56,088 bases of DNA, taken from the NCBI GenBank assembly GCA_030167865.1, contig JALAGF010005449.1, positions 1 to 56,088 on the forward strand. The letters are read 5' to 3'. Position 1 is the first letter of the stretch; each line of letters opens with the position of its first letter. Position numbers and translations under genes: made by a program. The DNA is from Craspedostauros australis (lineage: Eukaryota). This document shows, piece after piece, positions 33,875 through 45,200 of this stretch. The notes below the pieces were generated by a model. It searched no databases, was not told the origin of the DNA, and saw only the letters and a list, made by a program, of their open reading frames with translations.

Positions 33875-34510
33875 TCACGCAGTCTTGTCGGTCAAATGAT
33901 CGTCTATCGTGGACGCCCACGGTGCGATGAAGCCTGTGCCGCTGCACGCATTGCACTCGACGGTCCCATGTTCGTCGCAAATGGGACAGACGGAAAATTC
34001 ACCGTTCATGACTAATGTCCGCGTGCCGCGGCAGAAATGGCACCGTACTCTGCCACTGCCAGCGCATTCCTCGCAGAAGTCTTCGCAGGCGTCGTCCGTC
34101 GTTTTGCATTCGTCTATCTGCCAGGTGACTTCGAGGTGCACGCGCTTGTCGGTGACGGAGGCCTTGGAGGTGGCGCCGATGTTTGCCAGCGATTCGGCTG
34201 GACGCGGCTGCATGTCGATATCGCGTTCGTCGTCCGTGTCAATACCAACGGCCACGCCACTTGTGGAGGCCGCTGGGGCAGATTCGGAGATGGATGCCTG
34301 GCCAAAGTCCCAGTTTGGCAGGCAATCATCCTCTTCGTAGGGATCGCAGTCTTCATCGTCCTCGAAGAAGGGAAGCGCCAGGAAAAGGCGCTGATGTTGC
34401 GATTGACGCGGCATTCGTGTCATGATGGCGGAATGCTGCGGTCGGAACGCCGAGCACAAGTGCGACATGGAGCACACGGCCGAAACTGTGAAAAGGGAGG
34501 TGGATCTCAT
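33875..34510 (-). CDS. Plastid-targeted DnaJ-like zinc-finger protein
   Basis: Signal peptide then SA|FRP; four CxxCxxxG motifs (CEECAGSG, CHFCRGT, CPICDEHG, CNACSGTG). Confidence 0.85.
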   Translation of the reverse strand: MRSTSLFTVSAVCSMSHLCSAFRPQHSAIMTRMPRQSQHQRLFLALPFFEDDEDCDPYEEDDCLPNWDFGQASISESAPAASTSGVAVGIDTDDERDIDMQPRPAESLANIGATSKASVTDKRVHLEVTWQIDECKTTDDACEDFCEECAGSGRVRCHFCRGTRTLVMNGEFSVCPICDEHGTVECNACSGTGFIAPWASTIDDHLTDKTA

Positions 34511-35485
34511 GATGATGGGATGATGATGGAATCAAGGATGTGCAATTCTGCGGATGTTCTTGCCAATGCGGGATCTTCGTCGAAGTTGGTGTGATCTGGA
34601 GAGAGCGAGAGAGAGAGTCTGGTTGACTTTGAGATGGTGAACTTCTCCTTGGTCTCTGTTTGTGTGGATCGATTGGATTCTTCCAAACTCTTTTTATGAC
34701 ACTCGCCATGGCAGCGCAGCCCAGCGCAACGAAGTGGGACGATGTTGGTCGGGTTTGATGTTCTTCTTCTTCTGTTGTTGATGGTGGTGATGTTCTTCTT
34801 GTTCGGATTCTGTTGCGGGCAGATCTGTTTGTGTGTATCGTGTCGAGGTTTGTTCTCTGCTTCTCTTTTGTGATGGCAGATGTTCTCCGATTTGGTTGGA
34901 TCTCCAGTGTCTAAATAATTCGCACTGCAGGTTGTGTTGATGTTTGGACGATGAAGAACAACTTCGGCAGCTGTTGGAAGGTGCAGAATGTTCCATCGCG
35001 CGAACAGACGCTCTCTGTCGCTGTGTGTCTGTTTGGGTTGGATGGATGCATGTCGAACCAGATCAGCTTGGCGACGACGACGGTCATGATGGCAGTGGTG
35101 GCAGCCATGGTGATGTCGACATCACCACCACCAGCACCAGCACCAGCAGCAGCACCAATCGCAGGGACGAATGCGCTCTTGGAGCGAGAAGACATACGTC
35201 GCTGCAGGCGAAGGTGGATGGTTTGGGAGAGGACCGACAGTACACACGAGCAGCTCGTACATGCGCAGCAATCCATTCATTGCTTCAGAAAGAAATGAAG
35301 CACACAAGGCTGACATGTTCTGGAGGGTTCTACGCAATATGCCATTGGGGAGTAGGCATGCAGTGTCATGTGAATGTATTGCCAGACTTCTACCAGTTAC
35401 GCATCATCACGAATGAGAGGTGCTTCGCAGGCTCTCTCTCTCTCTCTCTCTCTTTGTCAACAACTTCTCGTTGCCCAGCCGTTCG

Positions 35486-36841
35486 TCATGATTCGAACAA
35501 CTCAGTGAGACCGATCTCTTGAGGCAGAGTGGCGTACGTCGATGGACACGGTTGGGTCGGTTCATGATGAATGGTGGGCACGTAATACCGACACAACGAA
35601 ATGGTAGGCAAGTCCTCTGGCTGCGGCACGAATACCGATAATCCCAGGGCCCTGCGACGTTGCTGCTTTTCGTCCAAGACAATGCCGCCACCTCCCACTG
35701 GCTTCCCTTTCTTGCTGGGTGCCGTTTTGCGTTTGTTCTTCTGCAGCTTCGCGTTCGTGCTGCGCCGTTTGGGTTGCCTGTTTGCCAGCATGCGCTTGTC
35801 CATCTCCGGCCCGCCAACCTTCGTCAAAAACATGGCGTCGGTGTGCATGTCGATGGCGATATTCTTCGACAACGTGGAGGTGCGTTCCGTTGATTTGCCA
35901 GCCGGACTCTTGCGCATCTTGCTGTTGCTGGACGTGGTCACCATGGGCCTCATCATCGGTCTGGAACGCTTGATGAACATCTTTTTCGGTGGCGACTTTA
36001 CATCCAGCGGTCGTTTCTTGCCAGAGGCACTTGCGACTGCTGTTGGCGTCTTGCTGCCATTCATCGACTTGTCTCCTGCTTTCGCGCCTCCCGCAGCACC
36101 AGTGTTGGTGCCTGCGCTCCTGCTGTCGCTGCTGGCACCGCCAACGCTCTTGCTGGATGCGTTGGAAGGCACATCCTTGGGAGTTGGCGGTTGCCCGCTT
36201 TTGCCACCATTCTGCTGTCCCTTGTTGCCCTGGCTCTGTCTGCGCTGCCCCTTCGCAGATGATGATGACAGCGACGCCCTGCCGGATCGCGAACCGCCCT
36301 TGGAATCCGCCTTCCCTTTGTCGGACTTTGAGGTTTGAGACCCTTTCGGCTTCAAGTCGAACTTGATGGGGTCTTCGATCGCCAGCTGGTACAGGTCGGG
36401 CTCGTCATCCGCAGGAATGAAGTCGGGCATCGCGTCGACTGCTTCCTTCTTGGTGAGGTTGGAGGACAGATGCCGCCGGCCCCGCACGAACAGCCGATGG
36501 TAGTACGCTCCGCGATCCTTCGATCCGCGCCTCGACAGTCTGCAGAAACCCCACTGCTCCAGCAGGTAACGGAAGGAATCGTACTTCTCCGTGAAGTAGC
36601 GCGGCATGATCTTGTTCTCAAAGTCCGTGCGATTGTGCACCTTGAAGGCGCGGCCGTGCGGCATCCAAGCGACGATGTTGCTGTTGTCCTGGTTGAAGGC
36701 ATCCTCCAGCATGTCGTACAGAATGCGCGGCAGCTCGTATCGAGCGCTCGAGTCCTGATACTCGGTGTCCTTGGCGGTGAACGACATCTCGGTGGATGGG
36801 GACTGTTCGACGTGTACTCCGCCGTCTTGTGATGTATGCAC
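35486..36841 (-). CDS. Heat-shock-factor (HSF) DNA-binding domain protein
   Basis: LPRILYDMLE..IVAWMPHGRAFKVH..IMPRYF..YDSFRYLLEQWGFCRL..DRGAYYHRLFVRG, followed by a long disordered tail. Confidence 0.9.
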   Translation of the reverse strand: MHTSQDGGVHVEQSPSTEMSFTAKDTEYQDSSARYELPRILYDMLEDAFNQDNSNIVAWMPHGRAFKVHNRTDFENKIMPRYFTEKYDSFRYLLEQWGFCRLSRRGSKDRGAYYHRLFVRGRRHLSSNLTKKEAVDAMPDFIPADDEPDLYQLAIEDPIKFDLKPKGSQTSKSDKGKADSKGGSRSGRASLSSSSAKGQRRQSQGNKGQQNGGKSGQPPTPKDVPSNASSKSVGGASSDSRSAGTNTGAAGGAKAGDKSMNGSKTPTAVASASGKKRPLDVKSPPKKMFIKRSRPMMRPMVTTSSNSKMRKSPAGKSTERTSTLSKNIAIDMHTDAMFLTKVGGPEMDKRMLANRQPKRRSTNAKLQKNKRKTAPSKKGKPVGGGGIVLDEKQQRRRALGLSVFVPQPEDLPTISLCRYYVPTIHHEPTQPCPSTYATLPQEIGLTELFES

Positions 36842-38487
36842 TTTTGTGATGCACGTTGGTTACAGGTGCGTCTTGGCAGAAAGGTTGGAGGGTTGGAAGG
36901 TTGCGAGGTTGGGTGATGACAGAAGCTCGACAAGTTTGCGACCAAAGGAATGAGCTTCCGGTTTCAACGCCAGGGTGCGATGATGGGTTGGCGATGACCG
37001 CTAACACCAACGTTGGTTGCGTCTCGTCGTTGTGCAGTTCCGCATGCGAGCTCTTGTGCGTGTGGCTTTGTGTCGTCTTGCGCCGTTTTTTGTCTCTTGT
37101 GCACATGCGTCGTGACCCGAACCACCAAAGACTCATGTGTTCGTATTGGTCATACAAAGTAGTCCAGAGAGTCAAAAATGGCCAGTTCGTGAGTGAAATG
37201 TGGCTCGTTTTTGCGTTTCGGCAATTTTGTGCGAGACCAGATGGCGATTTTTGCGTCAACCGCGTGAAGCGGAGGCGGCCGTTCATGGGCGATCACAGTC
37301 CAGAGAGAGAGACAACGACGCAAGAGAGCTCAAAGGTGTTTGTCGTCCAAGAGTACTACTAGTCGTATGCAATGAAGTTGGATACGATTGTTCTGTTCCG
37401 ACCGAGTGGCCGTACATACCCGGCTCTACTCGAAGCATGTTGATACCAACTCGTATCAAAAGTTTGCGGGAAGGTTGTCGTGTCGCCAAAAATTTCGGCG
37501 TCGGTGACGGCGAGGACATGTCGCAAGACTCGATCTCCACGCTTCATCGTGTTGCACCAACCAACAAAACGGTCACATGCACATGAAAACATGGCCATGT
37601 GCTATTCTCATTTAGCGCAGGGCGGCAGCACAAGGCGCACGGTTGTTCCCACCAGGCTCAGCACGAAGCCACCTTGTGTTGGGGGACGGGAAAGGATTGA
37701 GCTGGATTGGATGGAGGGTTGGATTGACTTCACGTTGCTCTGCTTGTTTCAGCCATCACGTTTGGAACATGCATGAGAAAGAGTCCTGGTCTGGCTCGTA
37801 CAGGTACCAATACACACTCTCCTCAGCAGAAGGATCGGTTGACTTGCGCACGACAAAGAATGAGGTTTCCACTTGTGTTTACAAGTTCACAAAGCCACCA
37901 TTCCTATTCTCCCTTTCGCTGGTGGGACCACAACAGGATGCAAGCGCAGACCCAGTGCGGGATATCTTGCCTTGTGGGAGGTGAATACCAATACCAAGAC
38001 CAAGAGTCGAGACAAGAGCACATGCATGCAGACAGTCCAACCCAAGAACGTGCACAGTAATCAACAGGAGCAACAACACGAGGTGCAACAAGAGAAGTGA
38101 ACGAAGACACCCGTGGCTGGCTGTATCATGCACACTTCGGCAGCGAGCAGCCTGGTAGGAGAGACGTGGACATCCACGCGGACAGACACATGGAGAGAGC
38201 GAGAGAGAGACAGACAACCCACCCGAGAACTCACACCTCCATTGCCACAGTTCAGCGTCGCAGTTCAAAGCCCACGGACCAACTGCACTGCCAACCGCCA
38301 TAACCGCAGCCACATTGATTGATGCAGGCAGCAACCCCCAACCCACAAACGCAAAAGACTGGTCACAAACCAAAACCACATCGAATAGCTACAGAACCAC
38401 CATCCTCCGCATCGTCAAGCTTCATAAACGCCGCCACCATCCATTCCATTGGACCATACACTTACGTTCCCGCCGCAAGCATTCATC

Positions 38488-40410
38488 ATGTCACGAAAGC
38501 CCGCATCAAACGATCCCCTCGACGACGGTATCAGCAAGAGCAAGAACCAAGGACATGGCGACTCTCATGTGCATGGTACTGCGCACTCCAGAGGTACTCC
38601 GACCTCTCTACCGAACAGGGACAGTGCATCTCCCATCTGGCCGATCGTGAACATGGACGAAGACAACGAAGCTCACAAGAATAAGAACAGATTGGCGCGA
38701 GAAGATGCGAAGAGGACGCATATGACGAAGCAAAGCCACGGCGCACCATATTTTCAACACAATCGTGCTTCCGCTTCTGATCTTGTTGACGGTGGCCATG
38801 GGCAGATCGCTGGCGCGGAGCGTGGCGAAGGTGAAGATCATGACAATCGTTTCCACCATCTGGATGAAAGCGAGCCGCATCAACCACCCAACTATGACTT
38901 TTTTGTGCCATCGCCATCGCCACCTCCCATGCCTGCGCTGCCACCGCCACTCCCTCATTTGGCATCGCAACAGGGTTCGCACAACTGGAATCGATGGGAG
39001 TGGTACCATCAGCCACCTTTGGGTGCATCGCACCATGCCCATCATCAAGACCACTACTGGCATCACCAGCAGCGTCAACAACATCAGCAGGCTAATAGTG
39101 GGTATGGGTTGTCATTCGATACATCCAATCGAGGCCACTTTGAGGACTCGGAACCCAAGCAATCCTGGCACGCAGCAGCGCAGTCCGAAGGAGATCAGTT
39201 CGGGTCACCGCCGCAATCCTCCCGGTCGTGGTATGCAGTGCGGCCTGGAATGACATCGGCGCATGGATCGACATCGGTATCAGCCATGGGAGAAACTACA
39301 ACCAAGAGAGAACCGGCCAGCACAGCATCTGCGGGGACGTCGGTCGTGTCCGCGAACAGCACCCCGCCCATCAAGACTGCTGCTCGTGAGCACCACGCTG
39401 GATACGGGTGGCAACCATCGACGCCGGACCAGTTCAACGCGTACTATCGTCAGCACTACCATCACTACCACCAGCATCATCAGTACTATCACCCCTACGA
39501 TCACCGCAGCGTTGACCCTCCGGTCTTTCACGCTGATTCGAATGCACAAAAAGCATATTCGGCGCCAGCCAAGACCACAGGATCCCGCGATCCGCGTGAT
39601 CGGGCCAGAGTCCGTTACAACCTGACGAGCAGATTTCCAGACGACAATTTGTCTCCCATGCGCCGGCAGGAGGATGACGAAAGGCATGGCCGTGACGTGC
39701 AAGCATCAAACCAACACCATCATCGCCCACGACAGCAGCAGCAGCAACAACCATCAACCGAACGCGATCATCCCAGCACCAAGGTCAAGGTGGAGCCTGC
39801 TGCATCTGTATCCAGCCCAGGATCACACGTGACCACAGCGTCTGCTGAATTGGAATTTGAAGATTTCGGTCCCTCGCGTCGTCGAGCTCCGGCCACATTC
39901 CAAAAGCTCTATAACACCAACGCCGCCGCGAGCCTCATCCAGACTGTGCGCAAGAGCGACATTCTATGCGGCCGCGGTGCACCCGTCCACACCCACCCTG
40001 GCAACGACGCCTTCCGCGATCTCGTCCAGCAACACCAGGCGGAGTACGTTTGCGCCAAACGATCCGACAAGCCGCACATCGCCACGTTGATCCTGGAAGA
40101 GATCAAGGGACAGGGTGGTCGGTTCTTGAGACGACCGCGAGATTCCAAGCATTCCGGTGTGGCGCAGAAGGCGTGGGAAGAGGTCGATGAGTACAACGCC
40201 TACGAGAAGGTGTGCCAAGCCTTGCGGGAAGGGGCGCCGGAGATTCGACGGCGCATGATGCAGTCCAGTCATGCAACCTCGTCATTGGGTGGCGCGTCTG
40301 GGAGCAACAGCAAGGGTCGAAGCAGGAACAACAGCCGATCGAGGGATAAAGAGAACGCAAAGAACTACGATCATGGGGGTTCAGCGAAAGGGAACAGACG
40401 TGCGCTTTGA
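38488..40410 (+). CDS. Disordered H/Q-rich protein with a diatom-expanded DUF6824-like domain
   Basis: DILCGRG..HPGNDAFRDLV..K..IA..I..GGRFL..W..EKVCQALRE at about 39955-40235. First in-frame ATG taken as start. Confidence 0.8.
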   Translation: MSRKPASNDPLDDGISKSKNQGHGDSHVHGTAHSRGTPTSLPNRDSASPIWPIVNMDEDNEAHKNKNRLAREDAKRTHMTKQSHGAPYFQHNRASASDLVDGGHGQIAGAERGEGEDHDNRFHHLDESEPHQPPNYDFFVPSPSPPPMPALPPPLPHLASQQGSHNWNRWEWYHQPPLGASHHAHHQDHYWHHQQRQQHQQANSGYGLSFDTSNRGHFEDSEPKQSWHAAAQSEGDQFGSPPQSSRSWYAVRPGMTSAHGSTSVSAMGETTTKREPASTASAGTSVVSANSTPPIKTAAREHHAGYGWQPSTPDQFNAYYRQHYHHYHQHHQYYHPYDHRSVDPPVFHADSNAQKAYSAPAKTTGSRDPRDRARVRYNLTSRFPDDNLSPMRRQEDDERHGRDVQASNQHHHRPRQQQQQQPSTERDHPSTKVKVEPAASVSSPGSHVTTASAELEFEDFGPSRRRAPATFQKLYNTNAAASLIQTVRKSDILCGRGAPVHTHPGNDAFRDLVQQHQAEYVCAKRSDKPHIATLILEEIKGQGGRFLRRPRDSKHSGVAQKAWEEVDEYNAYEKVCQALREGAPEIRRRMMQSSHATSSLGGASGSNSKGRSRNNSRSRDKENAKNYDHGGSAKGNRRAL

Positions 40411-40589
40411 TCCACGGATACGTCGCCAAAGACGCAGGTATCACGAGTACACGAAATATTATTTCGATCCACGCTAATCTAGAGTAGGAAAGTTCGAACT
40501 ATCACAGTCCTTGAAAAGTTCTAACGATCACTTGCTTGCTTTACAGTTGCACCAGACATCATCATCACTTCAGGAAATATGCCATCACC

Positions 40590-42017
40590 TCACCCAGTGC
40601 TGTCGACGGCATCATCAGCTTCTGTCAACAAGGCGAGAATTCCTGGTGAGTCCGAGTAGAACTTGGTCACGTAGGTCGGCTTGGAGCGATTCCACAGCTC
40701 TGTCATCGATAGCCTGGAACCTCTGACATCAGCACCCGCAGTTTCGTCATCAGCAATCAGACTCTGCTCTGAAACGACATGGAACAGACGCTCGACGCCG
40801 CTATCGTGGACAGTGTAGAAGCCATGCTCGGCAAGGCATATGCGTGATTGCGCAGCAGATGTCATGCACATCAACTCTTGTTGCACGTGCTCCGGCAGAC
40901 CCAACCGGCCGCCGCCCGCAGCAGCAGTGGCTGATGTTTTGGTGCTGTTGGCTGCAGGACGAATGCCAGCCCCAACCAAATGCCGGCGCACCCCTTGTTC
41001 TTGCGGATTCACCGCCATGGCCACCGGCGGAAGCACGGCGACAGTCTCAAAGCCGATGGAATGCCAACCCGATCCATCTCCCCAATCCCGATCCACCACA
41101 GTCACGATGTCATCCGGCGCATGATCCCGTACGAACGCCTTGAGGAGCTTCGTGATGCCGCCCACAACGTTCATGTCTCGTTGCGCACAGTATCGCAGCA
41201 ATTCATGAGAACGATGCGCATGGCCGTTCCTTGTGACCTTGCGACGTGATGAGAAGCTCGCGACGGCCATCAATTGGTGCGTCTTGGCATCCAGCAATCC
41301 GTAGTAGTACTTGGCCTTCGTTGCACCCCACAAATGATGATGATTCAGGAAGTTCATGGCGTACGTCGCGTTGATGCGCTGTGGCACCGTCTTGCGCGCG
41401 AACAGTCGTCTGGACCGTCCCAACTGTGCCTGCAGCCGCGCGCAGACGATTTCGTTCTTGTTGTACCAAACATCCTCGTGAAGATGGATGATGCGATTTG
41501 GAAAGTCGGGCGACGTTGAATTGCCGAGAGTCCACTCTGTCAGCCGCTTGGCAAATGTTGGCACTAAGCAGTCATCATTGCCACGTGGTGTTGGGATCAC
41601 GTGCAGCGCCACACTCGGTTGATGGTCCAACTCGTGGTGGTGATCCTCTACTTGCTGCTGCTGCTGCCGTCGCCGTCGATTTGATGCATGCATCAACCCG
41701 ATCAATCTCCCCTCCTTCGGCTGGCCATGACTTTCGACGACCTCCTGTGGATACTCCAGATTTATCCACTCAATGGTGGCCGCATCAAGCCACTCGGTCA
41801 CTCGCTGGACGAAGCCAGAGCAGGATAGAATCACAAACCCATCTGTGAGATTTAGAGAGCAAAGTGAGAGTGTGATGACCAGTGACACTACGTTGAACAT
41901 GGAATGGAATGGAAGCCAGTTTGCGGTTCTTTCAGTGACGACCTCGAGGGTCTGTTCTTGATTTGGGGTGATGTGTGCGAGTGCGAGCGTGAGTGCGAGG
42001 TGCAAACCCATCAACAT
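40590..42017 (-). CDS. Hypothetical protein with a bacterial/phage-type Mom-like GNAT domain
   Basis: 475-aa ORF with IHLHEDVW, FARKT, FLNHHHLWG, YYYGL, LMAVASFS, ELLRYC, VVGGITKLLKAF, VDRDWGDG..GF and VHDSG. The start may be ATG 41900. Confidence 0.7.
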   Translation of the reverse strand: MLMGLHLALTLALAHITPNQEQTLEVVTERTANWLPFHSMFNVVSLVITLSLCSLNLTDGFVILSCSGFVQRVTEWLDAATIEWINLEYPQEVVESHGQPKEGRLIGLMHASNRRRRQQQQQVEDHHHELDHQPSVALHVIPTPRGNDDCLVPTFAKRLTEWTLGNSTSPDFPNRIIHLHEDVWYNKNEIVCARLQAQLGRSRRLFARKTVPQRINATYAMNFLNHHHLWGATKAKYYYGLLDAKTHQLMAVASFSSRRKVTRNGHAHRSHELLRYCAQRDMNVVGGITKLLKAFVRDHAPDDIVTVVDRDWGDGSGWHSIGFETVAVLPPVAMAVNPQEQGVRRHLVGAGIRPAANSTKTSATAAAGGGRLGLPEHVQQELMCMTSAAQSRICLAEHGFYTVHDSGVERLFHVVSEQSLIADDETAGADVRGSRLSMTELWNRSKPTYVTKFYSDSPGILALLTEADDAVDSTG

Positions 42018-42294
42018 CTTCTGTGTTTTCCAGTTTCGCGATTTCGATTTTGTGGCGGGAAATCAATCACGTCGTGTCACGTGACATGCAACAAGTTGAG
42101 TGTAGACAAGTTGAATCACGAGTTCACACATACACGTCCCGGAGAGCCCAATCCCCCGACGTTCGTCTTCTAACTTCGACCTTGCTACCCCTGGATGTTG
42201 TCTGCGCACACATGTCACATTCATCGTCATCTTAAAATCATATTATACTTTGCGACGTTCGGCGCCCTCCACTTCTACTCGTAACACAACAGCT

Positions 42295-45200
42295 TCATGG
42301 TTTCTTTGCGCTGCTGCCGAAACTGGAATGCCTCGAGCCATCACGCGACGAGATGAAGGAACTTCTCATTCGATCCAGGTTTCGCCTCGTGGATTTCGCC
42401 ATGAATCGGCTGCTGCTGGCATGCTGCGATCCCGACGAGTTGAAGATGCTCCTGCTCTTTTCGATGCGCTTTTCCAGCAACCGCTTCCTTCGCTTCATGT
42501 CTTCCATGCGCGATGGCGGCCAGTGCATGACTCGGGAGAAGCTATGGCGCGCTTTGCGTCGGGTCCCGGTAAGGATGTGATCGGCATCCTTCGTCAGGTC
42601 GTAGTATGTGTATTCACGGTCCGGATCCGTCCTGTGGGTAGCGCCATCAAAGTTATGTGTAGAATATGTGGGTGCAGCATGCGTCAGTATTGAGGGTCAG
42701 TATTGATAATCAGTGCAGGAGCAGCCGGGACATATCCGAGTGTTGGTGGAAGGACAGTATCAGGAATGAGAGTCGATCAAGGAAGACCATTTGTGCCCGT
42801 GCTGTTGGAATCAGGATGTTATCCAATCTGCAAAGAACTTGCGCACATACACACACGATGCAGCAGACATCATTTGTACCACTTGGCTGCCCACTTACCA
42901 ATCGAACAGGTGCTGGTCAATCTTGTCGCACTTGCACGCAAGCAAGGGATACGAAAAGATGGAGCTCCTCACTTGCGGCATGTACCCGGAAATGTTGCGA
43001 ACTTCGTGGAAGCTCAGCCCTTGATCCTCTCCGACTTCCTGCTCGTTTCAAGCGAAAAAATGTAGCAAAGCAAACGTGAATACCAACAGAGCAAGGTTGA
43101 GACGACGAAAGCAGAAGGAAAAAGATGGAGGCATGAAGAGCCAAGTCAACACTGCATCCACGAAGAACACAGAGCAGACCAAACCAAAGCGAGCGCGACG
43201 ACAACGACGTACCTCATACTTTCCAAAGAACATGGAACGGATGATGTTGACGAATCCAACGACGAACTTGCACCCGATCAAGAGCAGAACCACGACGGAT
43301 GTCCAACCGAAGACGATCGAGAGCTGTCGTTGCTCCTTGTTCATCCATTCGCCTCCGTCTCTGCCTTCTCTGTACATGAACGGAAAGAAGAATCCATCCG
43401 GTCGGAAGATGTAGTCCTGATTGCAAAAGCGGAACAGCGGGGTGTCCTCGGAGATGGTGGCATTCCGCACAACCGTTTCATTCGTCAACCGATCGATTCC
43501 ATCGAAGAAGTGGGTTCCATGATACGCCGGATCGAGTGCTACGTCCTCATCCTCGAGGGGGCACATATTGTCGAACGGGAATGCAGCCCAGTAGAATGAT
43601 GTCATCACCACCAGGAAGCCGCATGCCGCGGAAAAGAAGTAGTGCCGGCTGTACACCGAGATCTCCGTACTGACGTGCGGTGCTCGTTGCCAGGATCGCA
43701 TCAGACTGAATCGATCTGTGTAGTAGTTCACCGTCAGCGTGATGGCGCAAAGAAATAGGGCTCCGGGGAAGATGGAACTATACCAAAAGGTGAGGAACAT
43801 GATCTTGGTCATGTTCGTGTATCTATGTACCGGATGTGTCGTTCGTAACAATGGACCGTGTTGGGAGTTGGAAATTTGGTGAGATGAGCAACGCCATGCC
43901 GCGTCAAAACAAGAGAGAGAGAGAGGCAGGGAGGGTGAGGACAGTATCACGTTCATCATTTCGACCATTGATGCCACAGTCACCTTGATGGCGCCAGGAA
44001 AGTCATGGAGTAGAATGAACGATATCAACACGGTTGATGGTACCTTGCCTTGCCTTGCCAACCAATCACATGTACGAGCAGCAATGAGTATGGTACATAC
44101 CGCTCTGCCAGCTCAACCGCCTGGCCTTGGAACTGGAGATTCATCGTGTCCTGGGTCTTTGCTCTGGGCGCAATGACGTGCCGCTGGATGTGACCCCAAA
44201 TGTCTGTCAACTGAATGACGTTCGTCGTGACAATTTCGGCAAAGAAAATAGCGTAGATCTGTGGGATCAGTCCATCCTCATCCAGCGTTTTCGTGAATGG
44301 TGTGATGACTGTGATGACAATGGCTGTATTGACCCAACGGAATGCAGCAATCTTGAAATACAGAGATGTTTGCAATTGACTTTCCGTCGGATGTGCCTCC
44401 ATGTCAGTAATGGCCTTGGCAACCTGGGGGAATGCAAGGTTGAACCCTGGTGGTGTGATGAACAAAAGTTGGGTGCAACAACATTACACAGCGCGGAGCC
44501 AAGATTGGTTGTGAGATGCGCGGCCATACTGCAATGGTGCACGTTGCGCCAATTCCAAGTCCGCTCTCTACTGTTCACTATCAGCAGCATCAACACTCTA
44601 TCCTCTGCAGTTGACCTCTCACATCTCGCACACTGGAAACGACCAACAGACCCAGCCAGAAAATCAATCTGAATCAAACCAAACGATGCAGCCGCCTCAC
44701 TCACCTGCGATAGAGAATGCCGCGCCGATCGTCGATGCTGCGTCGGCCAAGGTCACGATGACACCAGCCGCGATGATGATGAAGAAGGTGATGATGTTTG
44801 TGAGGATCATCTTGTCGAAGCGTTCGCTCATGGTGGTGTTCAAGTTCTGCCAACGCACAGAGTTCGGCTCGACGGATTCTTTCACATCGAGCACCAATCG
44901 GTCGTTGAAGAGATACTTGCGATCCTTCAAGCCCCTAGCCGAGTTGGCGAATATGTACAGGGAACCAATGGAGAGGTATTGAAGGACACGACGTTGATCG
45001 CTCTCATCCTCAAAGGTCACGAAGACGTTCGTGCAGGGGTAGCTCAGCTGCGCCAGTCCTTTGATGCGCGTGTTCAGTGCCACCAGCTTCGACAGCATCT
45101 CCGGCAACCCAGGGAAGAACCACGCTCCTATCCGACTGATGAATCGATATCGCGCCCGCGCCTCCTTGGCCGCCATCAAAGCGAGGTTGTCAATATCCAT

